DNA of 64,000 nucleotides from Octopus sinensis (Eukaryota), in assembly GCF_006345805.1 (NCBI RefSeq), contig NC_042997.1:197222001-197286000 (forward strand), in the 5' to 3' direction. The translations under genes and the position numbers were made by a program. This document shows, one piece after another, positions 54,199-64,000 of this stretch. The notes below the pieces were generated by a model. The model was not told where the DNA came from. It worked only from the letters and a program-made list of their open reading frames with translations, and ran no database searches. How positions within the stretch are numbered: the first letter of the stretch is position 1; every line of letters begins with the position of its first letter.

Positions 54199-54579
54199 CA
54201 TGGAAGCACTCCGTCGGTTACGAGGGTTCCGGTTGATCCGAATCAACGGAACAGCCTGCTCGTGAAATTAACGTGCAATTGGCTGAGCACTCCACAGACA
54301 CGTGTACCCTTAACGCAGTTCTCGGGGATATTCAGCGTGACACAGAGAGTGACAAGACCGGCCCCTTTGAAATACAGGTACAACAGAAACAGGAAATAAG
54401 AGTGAGAGAAAGTTGTGGTGAAAGAGTACAGCAGGGATCACCACCATCCCCTGCCGGAGCCTCGTGGAGCTTTTAGGTGTTTTCGCTCAATAAACACTCA
54501 CAACGCCCGGTCTGGGAATCGAAACCGCGATCCTATGACCGCGAGTCCGCTGCCCTAACCACTGGGCCATTGCGCCTCC
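54199..54579 (-). mobile_element. SINE B (tail 1), full length with 12-bp TSD
   Basis: TSD TAAAAGAAACAT at 54187-54198 and 54580-54591. Confidence 0.95.
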
Positions 54580-54921
54580 TAAAAGAAACATACACATACA
54601 ATAGAAAGAGCTTTGCAGCTGTCGAACAAACTGAGCGGGCTTGTGCAAACAGAAAACAGATTAAGTCCTAGAGGACAGAACAGACGTAGGAAGAGCGTGC
54701 TCAATCAACTCTGATGACTGAGTATTCGGTGTAGTCACTCGCTCTCTTCTTTACCTTCACATCTAACAACGTTCACTCTAACTCAGTCGATACAAATTTT
54801 CGTTCTTCCCTAATCTTCCTCAACCATACGTCGACCACATGCTCCAAGATAACCCACGCTAAACCTACACTAGTTAAAAACCTCAAAAATATCCTCAGTA
54901 CCAATCATTTTTCTCTGTCAA

Positions 54922-55312
54922 TCTCTCTATATATAAAGTTGAAGTTGTCTGTGTATGGCAGGTTTGGTAGCCTTCAACTAACACTATCTCCTCCGAGACC
55001 CTGCGGCGCAAGTTGACCAAAATTGAGAGTATGATAGAAGAAGGCTTGCTCTTCATTCCATAGAAGAAAAAATTCAAATCAGACCATGTTAACACCAAAA
55101 ATTATTTACATCAAAAAGGTACTTTTTTTCTATGAAAATCCCTATTTTTACGATTTTTTTACTGCTGTGTCGCCATTTTTCAGTGTATTTCAACCAGAAA
55201 AATGTTCACTTAAAGAGAATAACAAGCTACATAATACAAATTTTTTACTTTTCAAAAATTCCAATTCAAAAGGGTCGAAACAAACCCGAGCAACGCCGGG
55301 CGATACTGCTAG
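54922..55312 (+). mobile_element. Non-autonomous Helitron
   Basis: A|TCTCTCTATATATAAAG ... CCCGAGCAACGCCGGGCGATACTGCTAG|T; homolog of 6677-7067. Confidence 0.85.
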
Positions 55313-55640
55313 TAGATAATAAAGCACAAGCGCCCTTTATATCCAGACAACGTCATTGCATCTCAACTTCACTTAACCGCACGCAACTTTAAATGTCATG
55401 ATCGCTGCACATGTGAGCTTTCACTATTCCACGTGTAGGATACAAGTATAGTACCCCCACGGTGAGCGGCAGTCGCTTCCCTTCAGGAGTTGGCCAGGAT
55501 CTTATTTAGCTCCAATTCACGCATCTGGCTCACGTATAGCTCCACAGATGCTGCTGTGTACAGCATTGGCCACAACCTAGTTCCAGGTTTTTACTGACCA
55601 GCTAAACGACGTGAGTGAACCCAAGGGCTATGTCTGAGAG

Positions 55641-56051
55641 TAGGCGGCGAGCTGGCAGAAACGTTAGCATGCCGGGCGAAATGCGTAGCCGTATTTTGTC
55701 TGCCGTTACGTTCTGAGTTCAAATTCCGCCGAGGTCGACTTTGCCTTTCATCCTTTCGGGGGTCGATAAATTAAGTACCAGTTACGCACTGGGATCGATG
55801 TAATCGACTTAATCCGTTTGCCTGTCCTTGTTTGTCCTCTCTATGTTCAGCCCCTTGTGGGCAATAAAAAAAATAAGTAACTTTACGTTCTGAGTTCAAA
55901 TTCCGCCGAGGCCGACTTTGCCTTTCATCCTTTCGGGGGTCGATAAATTAAGTACCAGTTACGCACTGGGATCGATGTAATCGACTTAATCCGTTTGCCT
56001 GTCCTTGTTTGTCCCCTCTGTGTTTAGCCCCTTGTGAGTAGTAAAGAAATA
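55641..56051 (+). mobile_element. SINE C dimer
   Basis: Head plus two near-identical core/tail units. Confidence 0.9.
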
Positions 56052-56772
56052 TATGCCTGAGAGTGAGAATCGACCCCGAAAAAGATGAAAGGCAAAGTCG
56101 ACCTCAGAACATAAAGACGGACGAAACGCCGTGAAGCATTTTGTCCGGAATTGCCAGCCCGCCGTCTTGTAAGCCACGAGTAATATATTAAGCTGTCTTG
56201 TGTTTTCATCAAGTACATTTGGATCAAATTTAGCAAGTGTGTATCTTATTACAGAAAAAAAAGTAATTTTCAATTATTGGAATTCCACGTCAAGGAAAAA
56301 ATAACAAAATTAACTGATATTTTCCCAATAAAAGTAATTTAAGCAAAAAGAAAAAAAATTTTTTGTTTAAAAGAAAAATTAAATATTTCACCATGAATTT
56401 CAAAATTAAAATATTTTTCCTTTTTTTCTTCTCTTTCAATATTATCATTCCACAAGGATGGTCTCGTTTGCAATCGTTTCATATTATACATGTGTTTTTA
56501 TTTTCTCTGCGCAGTTTGCATCGTCTAAAAGGAAACCTAATCACGTATTGAGTGTTTAGTCGTTGGTTAACCAACGGTAAATTCAATTCGGTACTCATAT
56601 CTTTAGGCATGTTGCAAGACCGAATTTTACGAAGTGTGGGGTAGTTTAATCCAGTGGTTTCCAACCATTTTTTGTTTTTTGCTTGTGGACACCTTTAATT
56701 CCTATTTTACTCTCATGGACCCCACCCTTAGCCCTTCGACATATTTTTATAATGAAATATTAACAACTGTTA

Positions 56773-57168
56773 GGCGCAGGAGTTGCTGTGTGGTAAGTAG
56801 CTTGCTAACCAACCACATGGTTCCGGGTTCAGTCCCACTGCGTGGCATCTTGGGCAAGTGTCTTCTGCTATAGCCCCGGGCCGACCAATGCCTTGTGAGT
56901 GGATTTGGTAGACGGAAACTGAAAGAAGCCTGTCGTATATATGTGTGTGTGTGTGTGTTTGTGTGTCTGTGTTTGTCCCCCTAGCATTGCTTGACAACCG
57001 ATGCTGGTATGTTTACGTCCCCATCACTTAGCGGTTCGGCAAAAGAGACCGATAGAATAAGTACTGGGCTTACAAATAATAAGTCCCGGGGTCGATTTGC
57101 CCGACTAAAAGGCGGTGCTCCAGCATGGCCGCAGTCAAATGACTGAAACAAGTAAAAGAGTAAAAGAG
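56773..57168 (+). mobile_element. SINE A, full length, young
   Basis: Close to the family consensus seen across the window; (AAAAGAGT)n tail. Confidence 0.95.
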
Positions 57169-57220
57169 TAACTGTATAAAAAAAAGTTCTTGAAATATTT
57201 TGTGTACTGTAAAAGTATAA

Positions 57221-57525
57221 CATGGCCTAGTGGTTAGAGCAGCGGACTTGCGGTCGAAGGATCACGGGTTCGAATCTCAGACAGAGTGATGTGTGTGTTT
57301 ATGAGCGAAACACCTAAGCACCATGCGGCTCGGGCAGAAGGTAATGGCGAACTTCTACTGACTCTTTCGAAACAACTTTCTCTCACTCTTTCCTCCTGCA
57401 TCTTGCAGCTCACCTGCGACGGACCGGCGTTCCGTCCAGGTGGGGAACCTATATGCCATTGAAACCTGGAAACCGGCCCTTATGAGCCAGGCGTGGCTCG
57501 AGAAGGAACAAACAACAACAACAAC
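57221..57525 (+). mobile_element. SINE with B-like head and a third tail (V-SINE-like segment, (AAC)n end)
   Basis: TGGCCTAGTGG / GGTTCGAATC boxes, CCTGCGACGGACCGGCGTTCCGTCCAGG, and TSD AAAAGTATAA at 57211-57220 and 57526-57535. Confidence 0.85.
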
Positions 57526-57545
57526 AAAAGTATAACCAATTTGTT

Positions 57546-57971
57546 ACTCTTTTACTCTTTTACTTGTTTCAGTCATTTGACTGCGGCCATGCTGGAGCAC
57601 CGCCTTTAGTCGAGCAAATCGATCCCGGGACTTATTCTTTTGTAAGCCCAGTACTTATTCTATCGGTCTCTATTGCCCAACCGCCAAGTGACGGGGACGT
57701 AAACACACCAGCATCGGTTGTCAAGCAATGCTAGGGGGACAAATACACACACACACAAACACACACACAAACACACACACATACACACACACACATATAT
57801 ATATATATATACATATATACGACAGGCATCTTTCAGTTTCCGTCTACCAAATCCACTCACAAGGCATTGGTCGGCCCGGGGCTATAGCAGAAGACACTTG
57901 CCCAAGATGCCACGCAGTGGGACTGAACCCAGAACCATGTGGTTGGTTAGCAAGCTACTTACCACACAGCC
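57546..57971 (-). mobile_element. SINE A, near full length, young
   Basis: Reverse-complement homolog of 56773-57168. Confidence 0.95.
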
Positions 57972-58244
57972 ACAAATTTTAACAATAAAATCTTATGTGG
58001 ACCCCGGTTGAGAATTATTGGTTCAACCAATTAGATCAACCCCCAGTTTGCACCTGGTACTTCTCATCACTAGCAGAACCAGTGGAACATCAGACAATAT
58101 GGGGTTTGCTTACACTCTATTATCTTCTGTGCTCAAATCCCGACGAGATTATCTTTGCCTTTCATCCTTCACGGAGGTATTGCAGGTGGATGAAGCGGTC
58201 CTGCCTGAGCGTGGTCACCCGGGGGCGCCCTCTGCGGGCACGGT

Positions 58245-58465
58245 CTGGCAGAAACGTTAGCACGCCGGGCGAAATGCTTAGCGGTATTTCGTCTGCGTTA
58301 CGTTGTGAGTTCAAATTCCGCTGAAGTCGACTTTGCTTTTCATCCTTTCGGGGTCGATAAATTAAGTACCAGTTACGCACTGGGGTCGATGTAATCGATT
58401 TAATACCTATGTCTGTCCTTGTTTGTCCGCTCTGTGTTTAGCCCCTTGTGGGTAATAAAGAAATA
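58245..58465 (+). mobile_element. SINE C monomer (5'-clipped)
   Basis: CTGGCAGAAACGTTAGCACG...TAATAAAGAAATAGG. Confidence 0.9.
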
Positions 58466-58756
58466 GGTCTGCAGTGCTGTTGGTGTTGTTGTATCGCTGT
58501 TTCAGGGTTCCACTGGTATTTGTCGTTAGCAAGACCTGTAAAACATCGGACAAATGACTTGCGAAGTTTAGTTACATCCCATTACGTTCCGAGTTCAAAT
58601 CATGCAGTGGTCATCTTTGCCTTTCAACCTTGAGGGTCGACAGGACCATGTACCGCTCAAGTACTAAGGGGGGGTCGATTTAATAATTTTATATTGCATC
58701 ATAACAGAAAAACAAAGGAAAATAAGTCACTTGAGGAATTAAAAGCTATGGGAGAC

Positions 58757-58974
58757 ACCGGAGAGCAGCGGTTAGGATATTGTATTCATGAACGTAAGGT
58801 TGCGGTTTCGATTCCTGGACTGGGTGATGCATTATGTTCTTGAGCAAAGCACTTCATTTCACGTTGCTCCAGTCCACTCAGCTGGCAAAAACGAGTAGCC
58901 CTTCGTCCCTCCGAGGGGGAACATATCTGCCACAGAAACCGATAAACTGACCCTATGAGTCTACGTGACTTGGG
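58757..58974 (+). mobile_element. CORE-like SINE (family D), interrupted at its tail by a SINE B
   Basis: GGTTTCGATTCC B box; TTCTTGAGCAAAGCACTTCATTTCACGTTGCTCCAGTCCACTCAGCTGG. Confidence 0.7.
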
Positions 58975-59367
58975 TGGAGGCGCAATGACTCAGTGGTTAG
59001 AGTCGCGGACTCGTGGTTGTAGGATTGTGGTTTCGATTCCTAGACCGGACGTTGTGAGTGTTTATTGAGCGAAAATGCCTAAAGTTCCACGATGTTCCGG
59101 CAGGTGGGGTGGGGTAGCGAACCCTGCTGTACCCTTTCACCACAACTTTCTCTCACTTTTTCTTCCTGTTTATGTTGTACCTGTATTTCAAAGGGGCCAG
59201 CCTTGTCACATTCTGCGTCACGCTGAAACTCCCCAAGAACTACGTTAAGGGTACACGTGTCTGTGGAGTGCCCAGCCACTTGCACGTTAATTTCACGAGC
59301 AGGCTGTTCCGTTGATCGGATCAACTGGAACCTTCGTCGTCGTAACTGACGGAGCGTCGCGACGACA
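58975..59367 (+). mobile_element. SINE B (tail 1) with 9-bp TSD
   Basis: TSD TGACTTGGG at 58966-58974 and 59368-59376. Confidence 0.92.
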
Positions 59368-59490
59368 TGACTTGGGAATGAGTTTTGCTCTCTTTTTCAT
59401 CGTTTCTCAAGTCAACAAAAATATGTCGTCCAGTTTTTACTTCGTAATTCTGTAAATCACGTCATGTATCTCGATTTGCCGTCATTTCAA

Positions 59491-59880
59491 TATGGATGGA
59501 AGGACTCCGTCGGTTACGACGACGAGGGTTCCGGTTGATCCGATCAACGGAACAGCCTGCTCGTGAAATTAACGTGTAAGTGGCTGAGCACTCCACAGAC
59601 ACGTGCACCCTTAACGTAGTTCTCGGGGATATTCAGCGTGACACAGAGAGTGACAAGGCCGGCCCTTTGAAATATAGGTACAACAGAAACAGGAAGTAAG
59701 AGTGAGAGAAAGTTGTGGTGAAAGAGTACAGCAGGGATCACCACCATCCTCTGCCGGAGCCTCGTGGAGCTTTTAGGTGTTTTCGCTCAATAAACACTCA
59801 CAACGCCCGGTCTGGGAATCGAAACCGCGATCCTATGACCGCGAGTCCGCTGCCCTAACCACTGGGCCATTGCGCCTCCA
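59491..59880 (-). mobile_element. SINE B (tail 1) with 12-bp TSD
   Basis: TSD CCGTCATTTCAA at 59479-59490 and 59881-59892. Confidence 0.95.
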
Positions 59881-60480
59881 CCGTCATTTCAACAAGGGAA
59901 TCAATGTAACCATTCAAATAAGGCAGCGAACTGGCAGAGTTGTTAGCAGCTTGGACAAAATGCTTTGTAGCATTTCATCCGCCAATACGTCTTGAGTTCA
60001 AATCCTGCCCAAGTCGATTTTGCCTTTCAGCCTCCCTCTCGGGAGGGGTCGATATAATAATCACCAGTTGATCGCTGGTGTTGATGTAATCGACTTACCC
60101 TTGCCCCGAAATTGCTGGCCTTGTGCCAAAATTTGAAGCGAGTCTTGTTGCTCTTCTTCTTCTACTACTACTACTACTACTACTACCACTACTACTACTT
60201 CGATTAGATCGATTCCAGTAAGCAACTGGTACTTAATTTATCGACCCCGAAAAGATGAAAGGCAAAGTCGATCTCGGCGGAATTTGAACCCAGAACATAA
60301 AGACAGACGAAATATCGCTAAGCATTTCGCCTGGCGTGCTAACGTTTCTGCCAGCTCGTCGCCTTGATACGAACAAATATTCTTTTCTTCTCTAGGCAAG
60401 GCTCGAAATTTTGGGAGAGGGGAGCAGTCGATTAGATCGACCTCAGTAGGCAACTGGTACTTAATTTACCAACCTCGACG

Positions 60481-61088
60481 AAATACCCATTTCTTTACTA
60501 CCCACAAGGGGCTAAACACAGAGGAGACAAACAAGGACAGACAGATGGATTAAGTCGATTATATCGATCCCACTGCGTAACTGGTACTTAATTTATCGAC
60601 TCCGAAAGGATGAAAGGCAAAGTCGATCTTGGCGGAATTTCAACTCAGAACGTAGCGGCAGATGAAATACCTATTTCTTTATTACCCACAAGGGGCTAAA
60701 CACAGAGGAACAAACAAGGACAGACAGACGGATTAAGTCGATTATATCGATCCCAGTGCGTGACTGGTACTTAATTTATCGACTCCGAAAGGGTGAAAGG
60801 CAAAGTCGACCTTGGCGGAATTTCAACTCAGAACGTAGCGGCAGATGAAATACCTATTTCTTTATTACCCACAAGGGGCTAAACACAGAGGGGACAAACA
60901 AGGACAGACATAGGTATTGAATCGATTACATCGACCCCAGTGCGTAACTGGTGCTTAATTTATCGACCCCGAAAGGATGAAAGGCAAAGTCGATCTTGGC
61001 GGAATTTCAACTCAGAACGTAGCGGCAGACGAAATACCGCTTAGCATTTCGCCCGGCGTGCTAACGTTTCTGCCAGCTCGCCGCCTTA
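60481..61088 (-). mobile_element. SINE C concatemer: one head plus three ~183-bp units
   Basis: CCCACAAGGGG at 60501, 60685 and 60868 (spacing 184 and 183); the head CGCCTTA ends at 61088. Confidence 0.95.
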
Positions 61089-61736
61089 TAAATAAATAAA
61101 TACCGCAATATAATTTTTCCCTTTCCAACAACAGACTGGTCTAGTCAAATATAATCAATAGTCTATAAAAGTTTCCTAAGAAAATGAAACATGGTTTTCG
61201 AACATTTAAATTTGTCGTTATTTTTATGCTACAATACAAACTATTTACGTTGGGGGGAAGAAAGAAAAACAGAACAAAAATTCAAGAAATTTCTATAAAG
61301 CATTTTCTCACTCAACAATATGTAATACGGATTGCAATGAAATGAAGAAGAGATATTTTCGTACAAGACAATAACAGGCTGCCTTGCAGACTTGGGGTGG
61401 ACGGGGTGAACCAGTGAGGCATTCATTGTAAAATACACAAGAATAAAACCCTGTCGCGCCACCATCCCGCCTCCGCCGAAACCAAAAATAACAGCGCAAA
61501 AAAAACAATCGCCATTTAATGTTGTTTATCTAATTGTTGCTGTTTGTGAACTGCAGAGAAGTGAAGAAATATTTAAGACAGTCACGTCAAGACCGCCTGT
61601 TTGTTTGTTTGTTGGTTTGTTTTCTTTTGTTTTTTTGTTTGTTTTTTTTTTTTGTTTTTTTTTGGGGGGGGGTTTGTTTCACCAGTGTGATGTCAGTCTC
61701 GGGGCGGATTGGACATTGGCGTGGAGGACGTAATGA

Positions 61737-62265
61737 AGGTGGTGGTGGTGGTGGTGGTGGTGGTGGTGGTGGTAGTGGTGGTGATACTGGTGGTAATGGT
61801 ACTGGTGGTGGTGGTGATGGTGGTGGTAATGGTGGTGGTAGTGATGGTGGTGATACTGGTGGTGGTGATGGTGGTGATGGTGGTGATGGTGGTGATGGTG
61901 GTGGTAATGGTACTGGTGGTGGTGATGGTGGTGGTGGTGGTGGTGATGGTGGTAGTAGTAGTGATGGTGATGGTAATGGTACTGGTGGTTAATGGTAGTA
62001 ATGGTACTGGTTGTGGTGGTGGTGGTGATAGTGGTGGTGGTGGCGGTGGTGATGGTGGTCGTGGTGGAGAGGCATGATATTGGTGGTGGTGGTAAGGAAG
62101 GTGACGGTGGTTGTGGTGGTTGTTGATCAACGTGGTCTACAGTGATACTGCGGGTTGTGGTGGTGGTGGTGGTGGTTGCGGTCGTGCTGATGATGCTGAT
62201 GATGCTAGAGTCTACGGTGGTGATGGTGGTGGTGACGGAGGTAGCGGTGATGGTGGTGGCGGGGT
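61737..62265. repeat. Degenerate (GGT)n tract
   Basis: Direct inspection. Confidence 0.95.
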
Positions 62266-62309
62266 AAGGACTTGTTTCTTCACTGGTAGCAGAATTAGAA
62301 CCCCGCTGC

Positions 62310-63355
62310 CGCCAGTCACCGCCACCGCCACTGCCACCACCACCACCACCACCACCACCACCACCACCACACTTCCCCACCACCATCACCACCACCACTA
62401 TCACCACCACCACCACCACCACCACCATCACCACCACTTCCACCACCACTATCACCACCACACCACCACCATCACCACCACTTCCACCACCACTATCACC
62501 ACCACCACACCACCACCACCATCAACCACCACTTCCACCACCACTTCCACCACCATCAACACCACCACCACCACCACCACCACCACCACCACACACCATC
62601 ACCACCACTTCCACCACCACCATCACCATCACCACCACCACTATCACCACCACCACCACCACCACCACCAACAACCACCACCACCATCCACCACCACCAC
62701 CACACCACCACCACCACCACCACACACACCACCACCACCCCATCACCACCACCATCACCATCACCACCACCACCACCACCATCACCACCACCACTATCAC
62801 CACCACCACCACCACCATCACCACCACTTCCACCACCACCATCACCACCACCACTATCACCACCACACCACCACCATCACCACCACTCCACCACCACCAT
62901 CACCACCACCACTATCACCACCACCACCACCACCACCACCACCACACCACCATCACCACCCACTATCACCACCACCACCACCACCACACCACCATCACCA
63001 CCACCACCACTTCCACCACCACCATCACCACCACCACACCACCATCACACCACCATCACCACATCACCACCACCACCACCACCTCACCACCACCACCACC
63101 CCATCACCACCACCATCACCATCACCACCACTTCCACCCCACCACCACCACCACCATCACCCCACCACTTCCACCACCACCATCACCACCACCCACCACC
63201 ACCACCACCATCACCACCACCACCACCACCATCACCACCACCATCACACCACCACCACCACCACCATCACCACCACCACCCCATCACCATCACCACCATC
63301 ACCACCATTCCACCACCACCACCACCACCACCACCACCATCACCACCACCGCCGC
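62310..63355. repeat. Degenerate (CAC)n tract, inverted relative to the preceding (GGT)n
   Basis: Direct inspection; it generates the 425-aa H/T/P low-complexity ORF. Confidence 0.97.
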
Positions 63356-63429
63356 TGCATTAAAACATTCAATTCAAACACTAAATAATGTACGACAGAA
63401 ATAGACAATGGAGAAAAAATAAAATTGTC

Positions 63430-63925
63430 CCTTCTTTCCCCGGCTCTGTCCTCTCTCTCCCTCTCTTTCCCTCTCTTTCCCTCTCTCTCCCTCTCTCTTT
63501 CTCCCTCTCTTTCCCTCTCTCTCCCTCTCTCTTTCTCCCTCTCTTTCTTTATCGCCCTCTCTCCCGTCTTCTTTCTCCCTTTCCTCTCTCTCCTTCTCTC
63601 CGTCCGTCTCTCTATCTCTCTTTCTCTCTTACCTCTCTCTCACCTTTTCTCTCTCCCTCTTTTCTTCCCCTCTCCTCTCTCCCTCTCTTTCCCTCTCTCT
63701 CTTCTCTCTCTCTCTCTCTCTTTCTTTATCACCTTCCCTCCCGTCTTCTTTCTCCCTCTCTCTCTCTCCCTTCCCTCTCTCTCCCTCTCTCCGTCCTTCT
63801 CTCTACCTCTCTTTCTCTTTTACCTCTCTCTCTCTCTCTCTCTCACCCTTTCTCTCTCTCCCTCTTTTCTACCCCTCTCCTCTATTCCTTCTTCTGTCCC
63901 TCTCTTGCTTCTCCCCCCACCCTTC
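63430..63925. repeat. ~500-bp polypyrimidine (CT-rich) tract with internal ~180-bp periodicity
   Basis: TTTCTTTATC(G/A)CC..CTCCCGTCTTCTTTCTCCCT occurs at about 63543 and 63721. Confidence 0.95.
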
Positions 63926-63935
63926 ACCATGTCAG

Positions 63936-64000
63936 GTCGCCAATATAATTGTTACATTTGTGTTTCCAGAACAAAATAAAAAAAGAAGCAAGAAAATACA
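63936..64000 (+). CDS. Weak candidate exon running off the window (VANIIVTFVFPEQNKKRSKKI)
   Basis: CAG| after a long pyrimidine tract. Phase 0 is open to the window end and encodes a hydrophobic stretch followed by a basic cluster. Confidence 0.2.

Larger units (their letters stand above)
56652..58020. mobile_element. Old hAT (Charlie-like) MITE split by three SINE insertions
   Basis: Left end CAGTGGTTTCCAACC, right end GGTTGAGAATTATTG (10/15, transitions only). Flanks GTTTAATC/GTTCAACC (6/8) are a possible 8-bp TSD. Confidence 0.55.

Noticed and set aside
54709-54805. CTGATGACTGAGT...ACTCAGTCGATAC possible hammerhead with a long stem II loop
   Set aside because: GAAA is mutated and there is no stem I or stem III pairing.
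60481-61030. Regularly spaced repeats suggesting a CRISPR-like array
   Set aside because: The units are full ~183-bp tandem copies with no unique spacers, in a eukaryotic context.
61308-61508. Cys-rich minus-strand ORF (CVFYNECL...VCKAACYC) reminiscent of TIL-type domains
   Set aside because: The cysteine spacing does not fit a full domain and there is no good acceptor or start.
62111-63388. 425-aa ORF rich in His/Thr/Pro, and neighbouring Gly/Val-rich ORFs (61534-62866)
   Set aside because: CAC/GGT repeats lack stop codons in most frames. The peptide switches among H, T and P runs exactly as indels in a triplet repeat would cause, so it is not evidence of coding.

Overview
Repeat-saturated, AT-rich, essentially non-coding animal genomic DNA. 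The SINE inventory (several tRNA-headed families, one carrying an internal TA/TG microsatellite) and the microsatellite load best fit an octopus genome; this is recognition, not a database result. I cannot support an intact protein-coding gene. Nearly all long ORFs in the track are translations of (TA)n, (CA)n, (CTAT)n, (AAT)n or (CAC)n tracts, and only a few weak splice-flanked exon candidates exist. Recognisable content: tRNA-derived SINEs (my labels A-E) including concatemers, chimeras and inverted pairs; non-autonomous Helitrons; a piggyBac transposase relic; Tc1/mariner, hAT, Helentron-like and Merlin/Mutator-like MITEs; LINE relics (CR1/L2-group tail, Tx1/L1-like ORF1, R4/Dong-like restriction-endonuclease ends); and one 100-N gap. 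The most interesting signal is a set of short Penelope-like tails carrying minimal type-I hammerhead ribozyme motifs. Three of them are preceded by an inverted copy of their own 3' part, and one family shares a non-canonical CUGUNGA core. Other highlights are a young 238-bp MITE with 39-bp TIRs and a 9-bp TSD, and ~183-bp SINE concatemers with a recurrent junction.
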